A stretch of DNA of 64,000 nt. Origin: the human T2T-CHM13v2.0 reference genome, Homo sapiens. A program made the position numbers and the translations under genes. Location: NCBI RefSeq assembly GCF_009914755.1, contig NC_060928.1; one strand, given 5' to 3'. Of this stretch, positions 26,703 to 40,621 are shown one piece after another. The notes under the pieces were generated by a model. It ran no database searches. It worked only from the letters and a program-made list of their open reading frames with translations, and had not been told where the DNA came from. The stretch's first letter is position 1. Each line of letters opens with the position of its first letter.

Positions 26703-28142
26703 TAGTATGCCTGCTAATGAGTGTGAACGGATACACAGAGTGGTATATAAACTGGTAAACAGTATAAATTATACAGTGTAATTGTGTACACAACTACACC
26801 GTAAAATAGTTTAAACTATTGCCTCATAAAGTAGGAGGAACTCCCACACACAGGAGTAGGAAGCACCCTCAGTATCACAGAGTGAACTCACACACAGTGC
26901 CACCCAGTACCACCCAGTACACCGCAGATCACATGATCTTTGAAACTTTTCTATAGATCCAAAGTTATTCCAAAATAAAATTTTAGGTTAAAGAAAACCT
27001 TTTTTTGCACTGTCTTATAGTTTACAAATATTCTTCTCTTCTAGCAGCCTATTACAATCACACTTATGGCCTATTATTCCAAAATGACTGTAGTATAACT
27101 TCAAATTTGATTCTGAGCTTCCTCGTTGAGAAGTGTAAGACCAAGCAATTACATAATGCTTAGTATTGAAAAGAAGGAAATATCCTAGTTCCTTAACACA
27201 ACCAAAGCCTTTCCCAGAAACATAGTCTCAAATAAGCCTTTTTAAATGGGCTATCAAGTGTTGTGAAGAAGAGTGTTCTCAGAAGCATTTTTACAACAAA
27301 TGTAATCATAAATTTCAAAAGATTCCTTGAAATGACCTTCCATGGAAGCTGAAGTAAGTCTGAACAACAATTCTGAGAAGAGCATTCTGCAAAAAAACGA
27401 AACAAGCTCCTGTTAGGTATGTCACTTCCTCGTGGTTCAGCCACTTACAGAGATAGAATACAGATTGCCAGGGAGAGTAGGCAGAATACATGTTCTATAC
27501 ACTACTTCCAGCAGCACCTCTTCCTTCAACAGGGCTTTTGCTTGGAGCTGGAAAGCAGAGAGTTCAAAGTTGACTCTAATTGACTCTAATCTACACAGCA
27601 ATACCAAGATTGTGAGTAGCTGGTTGGAGACATCTCACTTGAGTTAATATAGTTATTAAACGAACAGACATTTTATAGGATTGTGTACAGGAAAGATAAA
27701 CCTTTTGAGTAAGCCAGTTGTGGGAAATAACAATCTCACACTAATTAATTGGTAAGGCAGTGAGCAAGTTACTCAGCCTCTTCCAATGAGGAGAATAATA
27801 ACTACTTTGTAGTGTTCTTGTAAGCAACTAGAAATTTATCTGGCCAATAATGGCTGTAACTTAAAATTATTGCATGATGCTCACCTGCACATTTTAAACT
27901 CTTTACAGCTATAATCTTCTTTAAGCTTTAAAACAATCCAATTTTTTTTAGTAGAGAAAATATTTTGATATAAAGTTTTAAAATAGAAAAACCTAATTGA
28001 CAGTGTTAGAAATTAGCATAGTGATGACTCTTGTGGCTCCAGGGAAGCATGAGAGACTTCCTGAGATTACGGTTGTGTTCTATTTTTTTACCTGGTGTGT
28101 TCACTTTGTGGAAATTCATTGAGCTTGACACATGATTTATAT

Positions 28143-30161
28143 ACTTTTTTGTCAGCTTTTACTTTATATACAGAGGGTATATGTGCAGATTTGTTACATG
28201 GGTATAATGTACTCAGGTAGTGAGCATAATACTCAATAAGTAGTTTTGTGACCATGCCCCACTCCCTCTGTCTGCCCTCTAGTAGTCTGCAGTGTCTATT
28301 GCTCCCATGTTTATATCCATGGGTACTCAGTGTTTAACTCCCACTAAAAAGTGAGAACATGCAATGTTTGGTTTTCTGTTCCTGCGTTAATTTGCTTACA
28401 ATTGTGGCCTCCAGCTTCACCCATGTTGCTACAAAGAACATGATTTCATTCTTTTTTATGGCTGTGTAGTATTCCATGGTGTATATGTGCTGCATTTTCC
28501 TTATTCAATCCACCATTGAAAGGCACCCAGGTTGATTCCATGTCTTTGCTATTGTGAATAGTGCTGTGATGAACATACACATGCATGTGTCTTTATGACA
28601 GGATGATTTATATTCCTTTGGGTATATACACAATTATGGGATTGCTGGGTCGAATGGTAATTCTGTTTTAAGCTCTTCAAAAAAATCTCCAAGCTGCTTT
28701 CCACAATAGCTGACCTAATTTTCATTCCCACCAGCAGTGGATGAGCATTCTCTTTCTGCTCCAACCTTGCCAGCATCTGCTATTTCTTTACTTTTTAGTA
28801 ATAGCCATTCTTATTGATATGAGATAGTACCTTATTGTGGTTTTAATTTGCATTTCTCTAATGATTGGTGATGTTGAGGACTTTTTTTCCTATGCTTGTT
28901 GGCCACATGTATGTTTTCTTTTGAATCATATCCACTTTTTAATGTGGTTGCCTGCTTTTCACTTGTTAATTTATTTAAGCTCCTTATGGAAGCTGGATAT
29001 TAAACCTTTGTTGAATGCATAGTTTGTGAATATTTTCTGCCATTCTTTAGGTTGTGTATTTACTCTGCTGATCATTTCTTTTTCTGTGCAGAAGCTCCTT
29101 AGTGTAATTAGAACCCACTTGTTAATTTTTGGTTTTGTTGCAATCACCTTTGGAGATTTAGCCAAAAATTCTTTCTTTGTCAAGGTTGACGTCAAGAAGA
29201 CTAGTACCCAGATTTTTTTCTAGAATTTTTATAGGAAGTTCTTACATTTAAATCCATCTTGAGTTTACTTTTGTATATGATGAAAGGTAAAAGTCTAGTT
29301 TTATTCTTCTGCATATGGCTAGCCAGTTAACACGGCACCATTTGTTGAATGGGGAGTCCTTTTCCTTGCTTATTTTTGTTGGCCTTATCAATGATCAGAG
29401 TGGTTGTGTTTACTATTCTGTTCCATTGGTGTTATGTGTCTGTTTTTATACCAGTACCATGCTGTTTTTGTTACTGCAGCCTTATAGTGTAGTTTGAAGT
29501 CAGGTAGTGTGATGCCTCCAGCTTTGTTCTTTTTGCTTAAAATTGCTGTAGATATTTGAGTTCTTTTTGGCTCCATATGCATTTTAGAATAGCGTTTTCT
29601 AATTCTGTGAAGGATAATCTTGGTAGTTTGACAGAAATGGCAGTGAATCTGTAAATTGCTTTGGACAGTATGACCATTCTAACAATATTGACTCTTCCAA
29701 TCCATGAGCATGGGATATTTTTCCACTTATTTGTGTAATCTCTGATTTATTTCAATAGTGTTTAATGTAGTTCTTTGTTGAGATCTTTCACATCCTTGGT
29801 TAGCTATATTCCTAGGTATTTCATTTTCTTTGTGGCTACTGTAAATGAGATTGTGTTCTTGTCTTGATTCTCAGCCTGGGCATTATTGGTATGTAGAAAT
29901 GCTACTTATTTTTGTACATTTATTTTGTATCCTGTAGCCTTACTTAAATCATTTATCAGTTATAGAAGCCTTTTGATGGAGGGTTTGGGGTTTTCTAGGT
30001 ATAGAATTATGTCATCAGTGAAGATAGTTTGACTTTTCCTGTTTGGGTGCCTTTTATTTCTTTCTCTTGCATGATTGCTCTGGCTAAGACCTCCAGTACT
30101 ATGTTGAAAAGGAGTGGTGAGAGTGAGCATCCTTGTCTTATTCCAGTTCTCAAGGAGAATG
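28143..30161 (-). mobile_element. L1PA15/16-like, 5'-truncated (~2 kb)
   Basis: Reverse 3'UTR then ORF2; peptide [31 protein letters not shown]. Confidence 0.92.
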
Positions 30162-30169
30162 ACCACTCA

Positions 30170-30480
30170 ATATTTTCAGTATCTCATTTCTTCAGATGAA
30201 AAAACAGAGGCCCAGAAAGTGAAAATAACTCCCTTAAAGGCACAAAGGTAGTACTGCTGAATTCATATACCAGCTCCAACAACTACTAGCTGTGTGACCT
30301 TAGGTAAGTTATTTAAATTACATGTGTCTAAATTTCTGTATTCATGAAATGGGGATAACGATATTACCTTCTTAAGGTTTCCTTGAGGATTAACAATAGA
30401 TGCAATTAATAATACATGTAAAAATAAATGCCACATGTCTAGAACAATGCCTAGCACGCAGTAAGTCCTCAGTGATGGCT
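30170..30480. mobile_element. MIR fragments (both orientations)
   Basis: cagatgaaaaaacagaggcccaga; ctagctgtgtgaccttaggtaagtta. Confidence 0.7.
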
Positions 30481-31293
30481 AGATTTTTATAGCATGTGAA
30501 AAATCAGATGAGAAGGTGTTAAATTTGACACTGTAGAAACAGAGGCAATTACATAAGGAGGGTTTCCTCAGATCAAAAGCTACCTGAGGTTTGACTGGAA
30601 GGTAAGTTGCAATAAAACTAGACTTTTCTTGTGGAAGCAGCAGGATATCTTATGTAACGTATGACCAACACTTAATACAGTCTTCAATAGCATATGAATC
30701 ATATTCACCATCACCAATAAACATTTTTTAGCCCTTATTGAATCACAGCATCAATCGAAGAACTTAGAGACTAGTAGATGTACAATACCAAGGGTCCCCC
30801 ATTTGCAAGGTTAACGTTACCATTGAAGGTTCTATTTCTGCTTAAATATTATAGGAATGATCATGTACCATTTTCACTATTTCTGTCTTATATTCATTTC
30901 ACCTATTTTAATATTATAAGTTTTCTCTAGGTTGAGCCAAATTTTAATCAATTCAGGCTCTATTGAACACCTAAAAATGAGTAGCATCCACAATGCCTTT
31001 CTGCCTATGTGACCATGACATCAAGAAAATCAAGATACTAAAATAAATGAGAGTTAATAAAAACCGAGTAGTACGCTTACATTTTAAAGAGACCATTGAA
31101 CTAGGCACTTAATGCATTTGAAGTCCAAATATGGCTGGAATCCCTTCTATACTTCCCTTCAAGTGATGGTTCAACTTTAATTTCTACAAAGGCAGAGTAA
31201 ACATGATTTCCCAGAGCCAATTATTTGATCTTTGTACTCAGATTAATCATGAGACCAAAATTGTATCATCGCAATAAAATAGCTTCACCATGC

Positions 31294-32331
31294 CTGTAAT
31301 ATGACATTATGATTCATATTTATACACACACACACACACACAATATATTTGTTTTCGTCCAGGGTTCCTGGCTCATAACTCCCATAGCCTTTGTAACAGC
31401 CTTTGTTATAATGATAGGGCACTTTGGGCCTCAGAAGCAGGTCTCAGAAAACAGAATCTTTTTTTTCTGAACTTCTGTCTTCCTTTCACCTACTGTTTTT
31501 TTCTCCCCCTCTCTCCAAGATGGGGAGAAATATTACCTCGCCTTTTTGCCTTGGAGCTGGCCATAAGGAAATTCTCTGACCTACTTTGTCTGATTATGGA
31601 TCATAAGACCCTCATTTCAGAAGAGGTTCTGCCCCATACTCTGGAGGAAGGAATGCTGCATGGAGAGGCCAAGAAGAATCTGAACAGATCTTGTTGGTTT
31701 TCTGCATCTATTTGTATTAGATCGTACTCTCCTTGTCCAATCACATTTCCACACAGATGCCCATGCTTCAGTCATGCCTATCCAATGCAAAAGGACATGG
31801 TACAGAAAGCTTCTGGGGTAACTGAACACAGGGAGGTTCCTGGAGGGTGGCACACCTGGGAAAGTGTGGAAGCCCCACCACTCCCCCTACCATAACTTGC
31901 TCCAGGTATCTCATCATCTGTACCCTTTGTAATATTCTTTGTAATAAACTGGTAAATTTGAATGTTTCTCTGAGTCCTGTGAGCCACTCTAACAAATTAA
32001 TCAAACCCCAGAAAAGGGTCATGGGATCCCTGATTTATAGCCAGTCAGTCAGAAGCACAGGTCAAACAACCTGGGTCTCAGGCTTGACAGCAGAAGGAAG
32101 GAGTGTACTCTTGAGAACTGAGCTCTCAACCTGTGGGATCTGATGCTATCTCCAGGTAAATAGTGTCAGAATTGAATTAGAGCACATACAGCTGGTGTCT
32201 GCTGCGCAGCTGATTGCTTGCTTGAGATGTGGGGAAAAACCCACATACATTTGGTCACAAAAGTAGCCTATGTTGATTGCCATCAAGTGAGACAATAGAA
32301 ATAAAACACAGTTTGTGTCTTTTCCACTGAT
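31294..32331 (+). mobile_element. MER21-family LTR
   Basis: ggttcctggctcataactcc...ctcaacctgtgggatctgatgctatctccaggtaaatagtgtcagaattgaatt...catttggtcac. Confidence 0.85.
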
Positions 32332-33929
32332 ACTGCCCAACTCAAGGCAATTTTCTTGCTATATTCTTACAAAATCTAAATTGCTATTATATATACTTTT
32401 TGACCTTGGTACCTCCAGTCTTTCTTTGGACACAGAATTCCACCGTTCTCAAATTTAAAATATATTCTATTATAAAAGAAAAATTTATCAGAAATACTTG
32501 TGACTATTATTTATCAAAGCAATGATTTATTACAGAGATAGCAAATGTGTAACACAGAGACCATCACCCTCTCCTATGTTGCTCCCAGCAGACATGGCAA
32601 ATCAACCATATTTACTACTCCATTCTGTTGAGTTTGACACCATCTCAGCCTTCAACTGAAATAGCACTATAGTAAGGAACAAAGTGTAGCACAAGATTCA
32701 TAGAAGAAACTGAGATGTTTTCCATTTTTCATCACCCATTTGCCATCACCCATTTGTTTAATCAAAAGCAGCCTTATGCTATACAGTTGCTTCCCTGTCC
32801 TATTGTTCCCTCTGGGCAGGCCCAATCTGTCAGGGCCTGGAGAACAATCCTAGCTGCCAAGAGAGTGCAGATGTACCTTTTATAGTTCAGTATTCTGGGT
32901 TCCTCCCAAGCAGCATTATCCGTGTGAACCACACACTAGAACGTGGATATGACACTGCACTATTTATTTCCTGCAATGACTCCAATCTAAGGTCAGCATC
33001 AAAAAAGAAATGTCAGCTATACATGGACACTTTCTCCAGAACTCAGAATCAAGTACATCTTTTCATAGTAAGTCAAATCTTTCCCTTTTTGCTAATGGTG
33101 AGAAATTCCTCTCAAACTCCCCTCCAGACCTTCCCTCGGCGGGGTGGAGGGGGAACCAGAGAAACCACATGTGGCCCCCATCTCTATTCTTTACTTCAGT
33201 AGGAACTGGTTTTCCTCTTCTAATGTTTTTATAATAATATGATACCTCTGAAAATCAGGGCAACAAGGGTGGCATAAGCACTAAGGAAAGGCCATGTGAG
33301 GACATGTGAGAAGACTAACTCACTTTGGTCATATTTTTTTCTGTGCCCTCTGTGACTCTCACCTGTATGGTTAACAGTATGCACACTATTTCAGCTAGTC
33401 TGTTTTATATCTCTCCCTCCATGAGTCATAATCTGAACATTTTCCCCAAAAACTTCCTATATTGACATCCTTGAAGTTTTCCCCCACTTTCTATATATTA
33501 GCATTGCTCTGATCAACACCTGCCACTCATCACAAATAGCTGGTGCTAGAAGGAAGCTGCTGGCCCCTTCCCTTCTTCACTGCCAGCATCCAAAGCTTCC
33601 ACCCCAAGATCCTTCACTGCCTGCTTCCTGCCCTGGGTTTCCTCTCTTCACTACTGTTCATTTGACTGGCTTCAGACTCACCCATCAGATCATATGTGAT
33701 GTTGCCCTTGTGTCAACAGGGGCATTCTACTGAGACAATAATGTGTACTTGCCCATAGGACTATGCCAATGGTTGTTTGCAGGGATAATATTTGTAACAG
33801 GTGTAATTTAAAAAAAGGAAACACTGTAAGGGTGAGGCAAAGATGCCTAGTTTTTAATTAAGCAAGAGATGTCAGCTTTTGAGCCATCTGGGCCCTACAA
33901 AACCCCTAAAGGATAAGACTGTCTCCCCT

Positions 33930-34390
33930 ACTGGTATCCTTCTGGTTCACTCAGCTCTAGCCACATGGGTCTCATTGCAGTTTCCAGAACATGGTACTAC
34001 CTCTGGGTTTTGCACATGTAATTCCTTCTGACTGGACTGCTTCTACCCTGATTGTCGGCACAGCTTGCTCCATCATTCTTTCATGTCTCTATTCAAATAG
34101 AATGAAGGAGTCTCTGATGACCCCATCTAAAACATAAAATTTCATCTCTCCTACTTCTCACTACCCTTTCCTGTTTTACTTTACTCCTTAGCATGTATCA
34201 CTATTTGTTATAGTACATATTTTAATAATACTTATTGATCTTGCTTATCTGACCATCTCCCGCTCTAGAATGTAAGTCCTAGGAACAGAGAGATTTTGAC
34301 CCTTTTATTCACTACTGCATGCCAAGTGCCTAGAATGGAGCCTGGCAATTTTGGCTAGTCCATACATATTTGTTGAATGAATGAATAAAT
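33930..34390 (+). mobile_element. L2
   Basis: ctagaatgtaag...gtgcctagaat..gcctggca...atatttgttgaatgaatgaataaa. Confidence 0.8.
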
Positions 34391-34438
34391 GGGCCCATAG
34401 TAAAAAGTTGAAGCAGAAAGCAAAAATCTATTAGAATG

Positions 34439-35191
34439 TGTCTTAGCTTGGGTGGCTGTTACAAAATATCATAGACTGGGTGGCTCAAACAACAGAAATG
34501 TATTTCTCACAGTTCTGGAGGCTGAGAATTCCAAATCAAGGGACCTGTAGATTTGGGAGCTGGTGAGGGCTCTCTTCCTTGCTTGCAGATGGCTGCCTTC
34601 TCATTGTGTCCTCACATAGCCTTTCTTCAATGCTTACTCCTGAAGGGAGAGAGATCTCTGTCTTCCTCTTCTGATAAGGGCACTAATCCCTTTATGAGGA
34701 TGCTACCTTCATGACCTAATCTAAAGATAATTAATTCCCAAAGACCCCACCTCCAAATACCATCACATTGGGGATCAGGACTTCAACATATGAATTTTAA
34801 GAGGTGGTATGGTTTGGCTCTATGTCCCTACCCAAATCTCAGCTTGAATTGTAATAGTCCCCATATGTCATGGGAGGAAACTGGTGGGAGGCAATTGAAT
34901 CATGAGGGTGGTTTCCCCCATTCTGTTCTTGTGGTAGTGAATAAGTCTCACAAAACCTGGTGGTTTTATAAATGGGAGCTCCCCTGCACATGTTCTCTTG
35001 CCTGCTGCCATGTAAGACATGACTTTGCTCCTTGTTCACCTTCCATCATGATCGTGAGGCCTCTCCAGCCATGTGGAACTGTAAGTCAATTAAAACTCTT
35101 TCCTTTTTAAAATACCCAGTATTGGGTATGTCTTTATTAGCAACATGAGAACAGACTAATACAAGATGATCTAAGCATTCATCCCATAACA
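34439..35191 (-). mobile_element. MLT1A LTR interrupted by THE1
   Basis: tgtcttag...aaacaacagaaatgtatttctcacagttctggaggctg...caacatatgaatttt; resumes at 35164 and ends ...cccataaca. Confidence 0.88.
34805..35163 (+). mobile_element. THE1 solo LTR
   Basis: tggtatggtttggctct...gagaacagactaataca; TSD agagg/agatg (one mismatch). Confidence 0.93.
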
Positions 35192-37859
35192 TGATATAAG
35201 CTTTATGGGGGCAGAAAGCTTATTTTTATATTTCCTGAGTGGCTGCTATATGCCAGACACTATTCCAGATGTTGGGAATAGTGCCTGGCATATAGCGGCC
35301 ACTCAGGAAATATTTGTTGAGTGAGAACCAGAGAAATTGTGATATAAGTGCTGAGCTAACATGTAGCATATCATCAAATCACAGAAGTGCTGTTAATATA
35401 CAGGCTTAAATTTCTATTCAGCAAAATTATACAATCATTTATCAAGATGATTAATTAGAATGTTGGTTTTGTGCTAGTAACACAGACTCAAGTAAACTGG
35501 TTTAAATTAGAGGGCCACACATCATAAACCAGACAGATTTTTATTTCCCTCTCACATAATAGTCCAACTGTATAGCAGTTCTACTCTGTCAAGTCTTCAG
35601 GGGCCTGGAAATTCTACTTTGTGGCTCTACCATCATTAAAGTGTGATCTTTGTCTCTGGTCCAAAGCAGTTTACTTCCTTATCTGCAAAACAGAGTAGTA
35701 GAGGGTAAAGAGAGAAAGAAATGCCATACCCCTTACCTTACAGAGCATATGTAGAAGTTACAGTCATCACTGTTGCTCACATCCCCTTAGCCAGAACCAA
35801 ACCACATGGTCAGACCTACCCACAAGTTAGGAAGGAAAATGCAGTCGCTATTCTAAGGAGCTATAACTATGGGCTTTCACTATTATAAAAGAAGAGATGA
35901 ACACATTTAGGTTAGAGCTAGCAGTCTATGCCAGAGTATATATTTTAAAATAATCATTTGAAATTAACCCCGACTTCGTGTAAACAATTGTTGAAGGTGA
36001 GTAATACATACACAGGGGGTCATTATACTATTTTCCCTACCTATGTTTATGTTTGAGAATTGCATTGTAAAGCATTCTCAAAAATTTAATTGCATAAGCC
36101 TCTATCATGGGATTTTGTTGGTGTTTGAATTAAGTAGGATTTGGCATGGTTCATTATATCATCAAAAGATGGAAAGGGGCTGGGAGATTTACAGGGTTTT
36201 GAAGGACTCCTGAGACATTGGACAGCCTATGTGGTACTGGATAGGTTTCCTCTGAGCCAGCTGCCAAAACAAAAGCATAAACAAGAAAATACTGACCTGA
36301 TAATTCTTTTGAATGTCTCAATCTCTATGTTATTGTGGTGGCTCCAGAAAGCACACAAATGTCTGGAGCAAGGATCCTGTTTCCAAGAGAGGATGTTTGA
36401 TTCAGGCTATTCCAGGCAATGCCCCATCTTACCTGTGCTCAGGGGGCCACACATTACGGCCATATCACCAGTTCTGCTCCAACCTGCTTCTGGTTATTCT
36501 TTATAAAGTATATTGTGCCCAACTTCATAAAGGTAGAATTTTATTTTGTAATTACTCATTTTCTCTCTCAATTTTTGAAAGTCATCCCTAACCATGAAGT
36601 GCCTGTTTCACAAGTGGTTCCTGACGTCTTGCTAATGAGACAGCATTTAGGACCTTAAAGCCTCATTGGAGCAACACTTCTTGGAGACTAACTCATTAGC
36701 TCTGAGGACTAATCCAGACTCTCCCACTCCTCAGCTTTAAAACCTTGGAAACTCAGGGAAACTGAGGTCTATTTTCTGCACTTATGCAATGAAGATAAGT
36801 CCTTCAAAATCAGCCTGTCATGAAGGATGCATCAAAACATAAGTGAAAGTGATCTCTAAATATAAATATAAGGATTCTTTCAAGTTCTTATTCCTTCTTA
36901 AACTTAATCTTCTTAAAGCCTTAAGAATATTTTTCCTTAAGTTCTATAGTTTCCCCTGGCTTCATCATACTATCAATAAAGTAATGGTTGCATTCAGAAT
37001 TCCACACTGTGTTCTCTGTACCCACGCAGCATTATCAGACCTCCAGCTCCCCTTCAAAATCCCTGTAGACTCCTAGAAGTTCTCAGAGGAGCTATGAGTT
37101 CATCACTGTGTTTCCCTTTCAGGAATGGGGTGGCCTGTACCATCATTATTCTTGCTTTTCCTTTCTCTAGTCATCTTCAAGACCTCAGAAAGCTGTCACC
37201 ACAATTAAGGATACCTCTTTATGAGAACTATGGTTGCCAAAGACAAATGTGACAGATACTAATTTACAATTTCTACTCTTACCTTTGGTTCCTGCTTTTA
37301 CTTCCTTATCACCAGTTCGGCTATTTTACGTGTGTGTGTTATTTGGAAATTAGTCTCTTTTAATTTTCTTTAACCCAGTATACATCATTATTCCAAGACA
37401 TCAGTCTTAGCTGAGAGTTCTGACTACCTTCACTTCCATAGTGAAGTGAAGACATGCTCTCGCCACCTTAGGTTTACACTCTGCTCTTGGGTCTCAGCAC
37501 TGGGCTGTGGAACTCTCACTTCTTAGTGGAATTTTGATGAACTGGCTCTTCTGGCTCAATCTTATAACCTTTTCATAGAACACTCCGACAGGAGTCCATG
37601 GCACTTGACTGGGAGAATATTTGAGAAAAGGACATTGTACTCCAAAATCTCCTTCCTCTCTGATTCTGTGGCATTATTCTTGAATCAAGCTATCATTTCT
37701 CATTTCTTCTTTTCCTCATTATGATTCTTCAGAGGAAGGTGTTTCTGTCTCTTATGCAAATAGACTCCCTCCAACACTTCTTCATGTCCAGGCACGTATG
37801 AGTTTTAGGAAAGACATAGCTCTGGACTGATCTGTACCTACCACACTTTATGAGCTCCT

Positions 37860-38222
37860 GTCCTACAGACTAAATATTTTTGCCCCCAAAACTCATATGT
37901 TGATATCCTAATCCCCAATGCAATGGTATTAGGTGGTGGGGCTCTGGGGAGGTAATTAGGTCAAGAGGGTAGATCCCTCGCGATTAGGATTAGTGCCCTT
38001 GTAGGAAGAGACATGAGAACTTGCCCTTACTCTCTCTCTGCTCTCTGCCAGGTGAAAACAAAAGGAGAAGATGGCCATCTGCAAACCAGATCCAGACACC
38101 GGATCTGCTAGCACCTAGATCTTGGACTTCCCAGTCTCTAGGACTGTGAGAAATATATGTTTGTTGTTTAAGCCACCCATTCTATGGTATTTTTATTAAA
38201 GCAGCCCAAACTGACTAAGATA
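37860..38222 (+). mobile_element. MLT1A-type LTR
   Basis: cccccaaaactcatatgttga...gatcttggacttcccagtctc...cagcccaaactgactaaga. Confidence 0.88.
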
Positions 38223-40621
38223 TCCAGTCTGTGCAAGTGAAAAATCTCTTCTCCTTACCTTATATGAAAAATGAAATGCCATGGATTAGTGAGTTAGTTC
38301 AACTACTCAGATTACCTGAATTTTTCATGTTCCAAGACTTGTAGATTACATCTAGAGACAGAGACAGCATTACTGGAATTTGTACACCACAGGTACAATG
38401 TGAACTCTGGACTTGAGAAATTCACCATATGATGATCTTTCATGGGAAAGAATACAAAAATATTGCAATTGACTGTGTTCACTTTTCTTATTACATTTTT
38501 TGCTTCTTCTCTTGGTTCTCTGTCTTATTTCTGGATCTTAATAAACTAAAAATAGATTGTTTACTGCTTAAAATTTCTTTGTTTTATGCCTTGAGCTACA
38601 CAAAGAAAAAACCAGTCAATCAAATATATCAAATCTTCCTATAAAAAGAGATAAAAATATTCAGGATGTTCCAGACATAAGATTATTCTAATTTTTAATC
38701 CTGTTTTACAGAAATTAGAGAGTCGGGTCTAAATTTAACTGGGTCTGGCCTGCTTCACCTAGACTCACCATTAACAATGAGAAAGAATTTTTAAATCTCC
38801 AATTCCTATCAGTTTCTATTATAAATCAAAAAAGCATTTGCTTAATCCTTATCCCCAAAAGCAGTTTCATTATCATTTCAAACTTAATATAAAGAATTCT
38901 GCTTGAAATATTATGTAATTTTAGAAAATTTGATTTTAAAATAAATGGAAATTAAGCAACTTGATAAAATTATGTTTATAAACTATTAATCTATCTTAAA
39001 AGAAAATTCAAAAGGATGCTATGCTAATCTTACGAATTTGTCCTAAAAATTGCAGCTGTTTCCTTAAAGAGATGTAGAATAGCAGGTGGCTAGGGAGAAG
39101 TCTTTATTAATTTGAAGATATCTTGACCCTGAGTCATCAGCCTTTCAATTTTTCTCTGGAGGAGGAAAGGGTTAATTTATATTATTTCCATTTTTGTCCA
39201 GGAAGGACAGGCTCTAGGATCTGAATTGCCAAGTTCAGTGCCAAGGCTGCACAAAATAATGAGAGGCCATATTACAGATTCTTTTATCAGCATCTCAAAA
39301 GGCTACATACCCATCAAAATACCACACTAACCCTCCTGAATAGATAAGTATACAGTTTGGTATGAGAGTAAGAAAGTCATTCTCTCCTCAAGCACCTTTT
39401 CCAACGTATTTAACTTTGTCCTAATTTCTTTGCAATCTGCTTAGAGCCACAAATTTAAGATAAGGGAGACAGGATACTTAGGGGCTTATCAGCTCTCATT
39501 ATATCACTCCAGATAGAGAGAGCAGCTTGACATCCCACTCAAGGAAAGGCATGGCAGAGGAGGTCAGAGGACTGAACCCCCTACAAGACTCTTGACCAAG
39601 CATTTAGTCTTCTAGTACCATTTATTGAACCCATAGCATTTTGGCATAAGTGATTCTTCATCCTTTGAACAGAGGGTCTGGGCACAGGAAAAGGGGCAAA
39701 TTCAATCATATTTTAAAGAAATAGCAAAATGGCTGATGTAAATGCTACCTTATCACTAACTACATTAAATTTAAATAAGCACTTGAATCAAAAGAGAGAG
39801 TTTGTTAAAATGAATACAAAAACATAATCCAACTATTTGTTGTCTACCAGAGATACACTTTAGATTCAAAGACACAACTACATTGAAATTAAAAGAATAT
39901 CATTCAAATAATAAGCAAAAAGAGCTGAAGTTTCTATACTAATATCAGACAAAACAGACTTTGAAGGTAAAATTATTTCTAGACACAAAGAAGGACACTT
40001 TAGGACAAAAGGATCACCCAATCAGGAAGCTATAATAATTATAAACATATATTCACCTAACAAAAAAGCCTGAAAATACATCAAGCAAAAACTAACATAA
40101 TTGAAGAGAGAAATAGAAAACTCAACAATATTTGGAGACTTTAATACTCTGCTTTTAACAATAGATTGAACAACTAGGCAAATTATCAACAGGAGTATAA
40201 AAGACTTGAACAATGTGATAAACCAATTAGACCTAGCAGACATCTATGGAACAGTTCAGCCAACAATTGCAGAATACACAGTCTTCTCAAGCGCATATAG
40301 AACATTCTACAGGTAGACAGTATGTTAGGGTGTAAAGCAAACCTCAATAAATTTAAAAGGATTGAAATTATGCAAAGAATGTTATCTTATCCTAACGGAG
40401 TTAAGTTAGCAATCAGTAATTGGAAAAAAAATTGAGAAATTCATAAATATGTGAAAATTGAATAATACAGTCTTAAATAGTCATTGGTCAAAGAAGAAAT
40501 CACAGGAAAAATTATAAAACGTTTTCATATGAATGAAAACAAAAACACAATATACTAAAACTTATGAAATTCAGCTAAAGCAGTGCTTAGAGATAAATTT
40601 ATAGCTGTATTTATCTAACAT

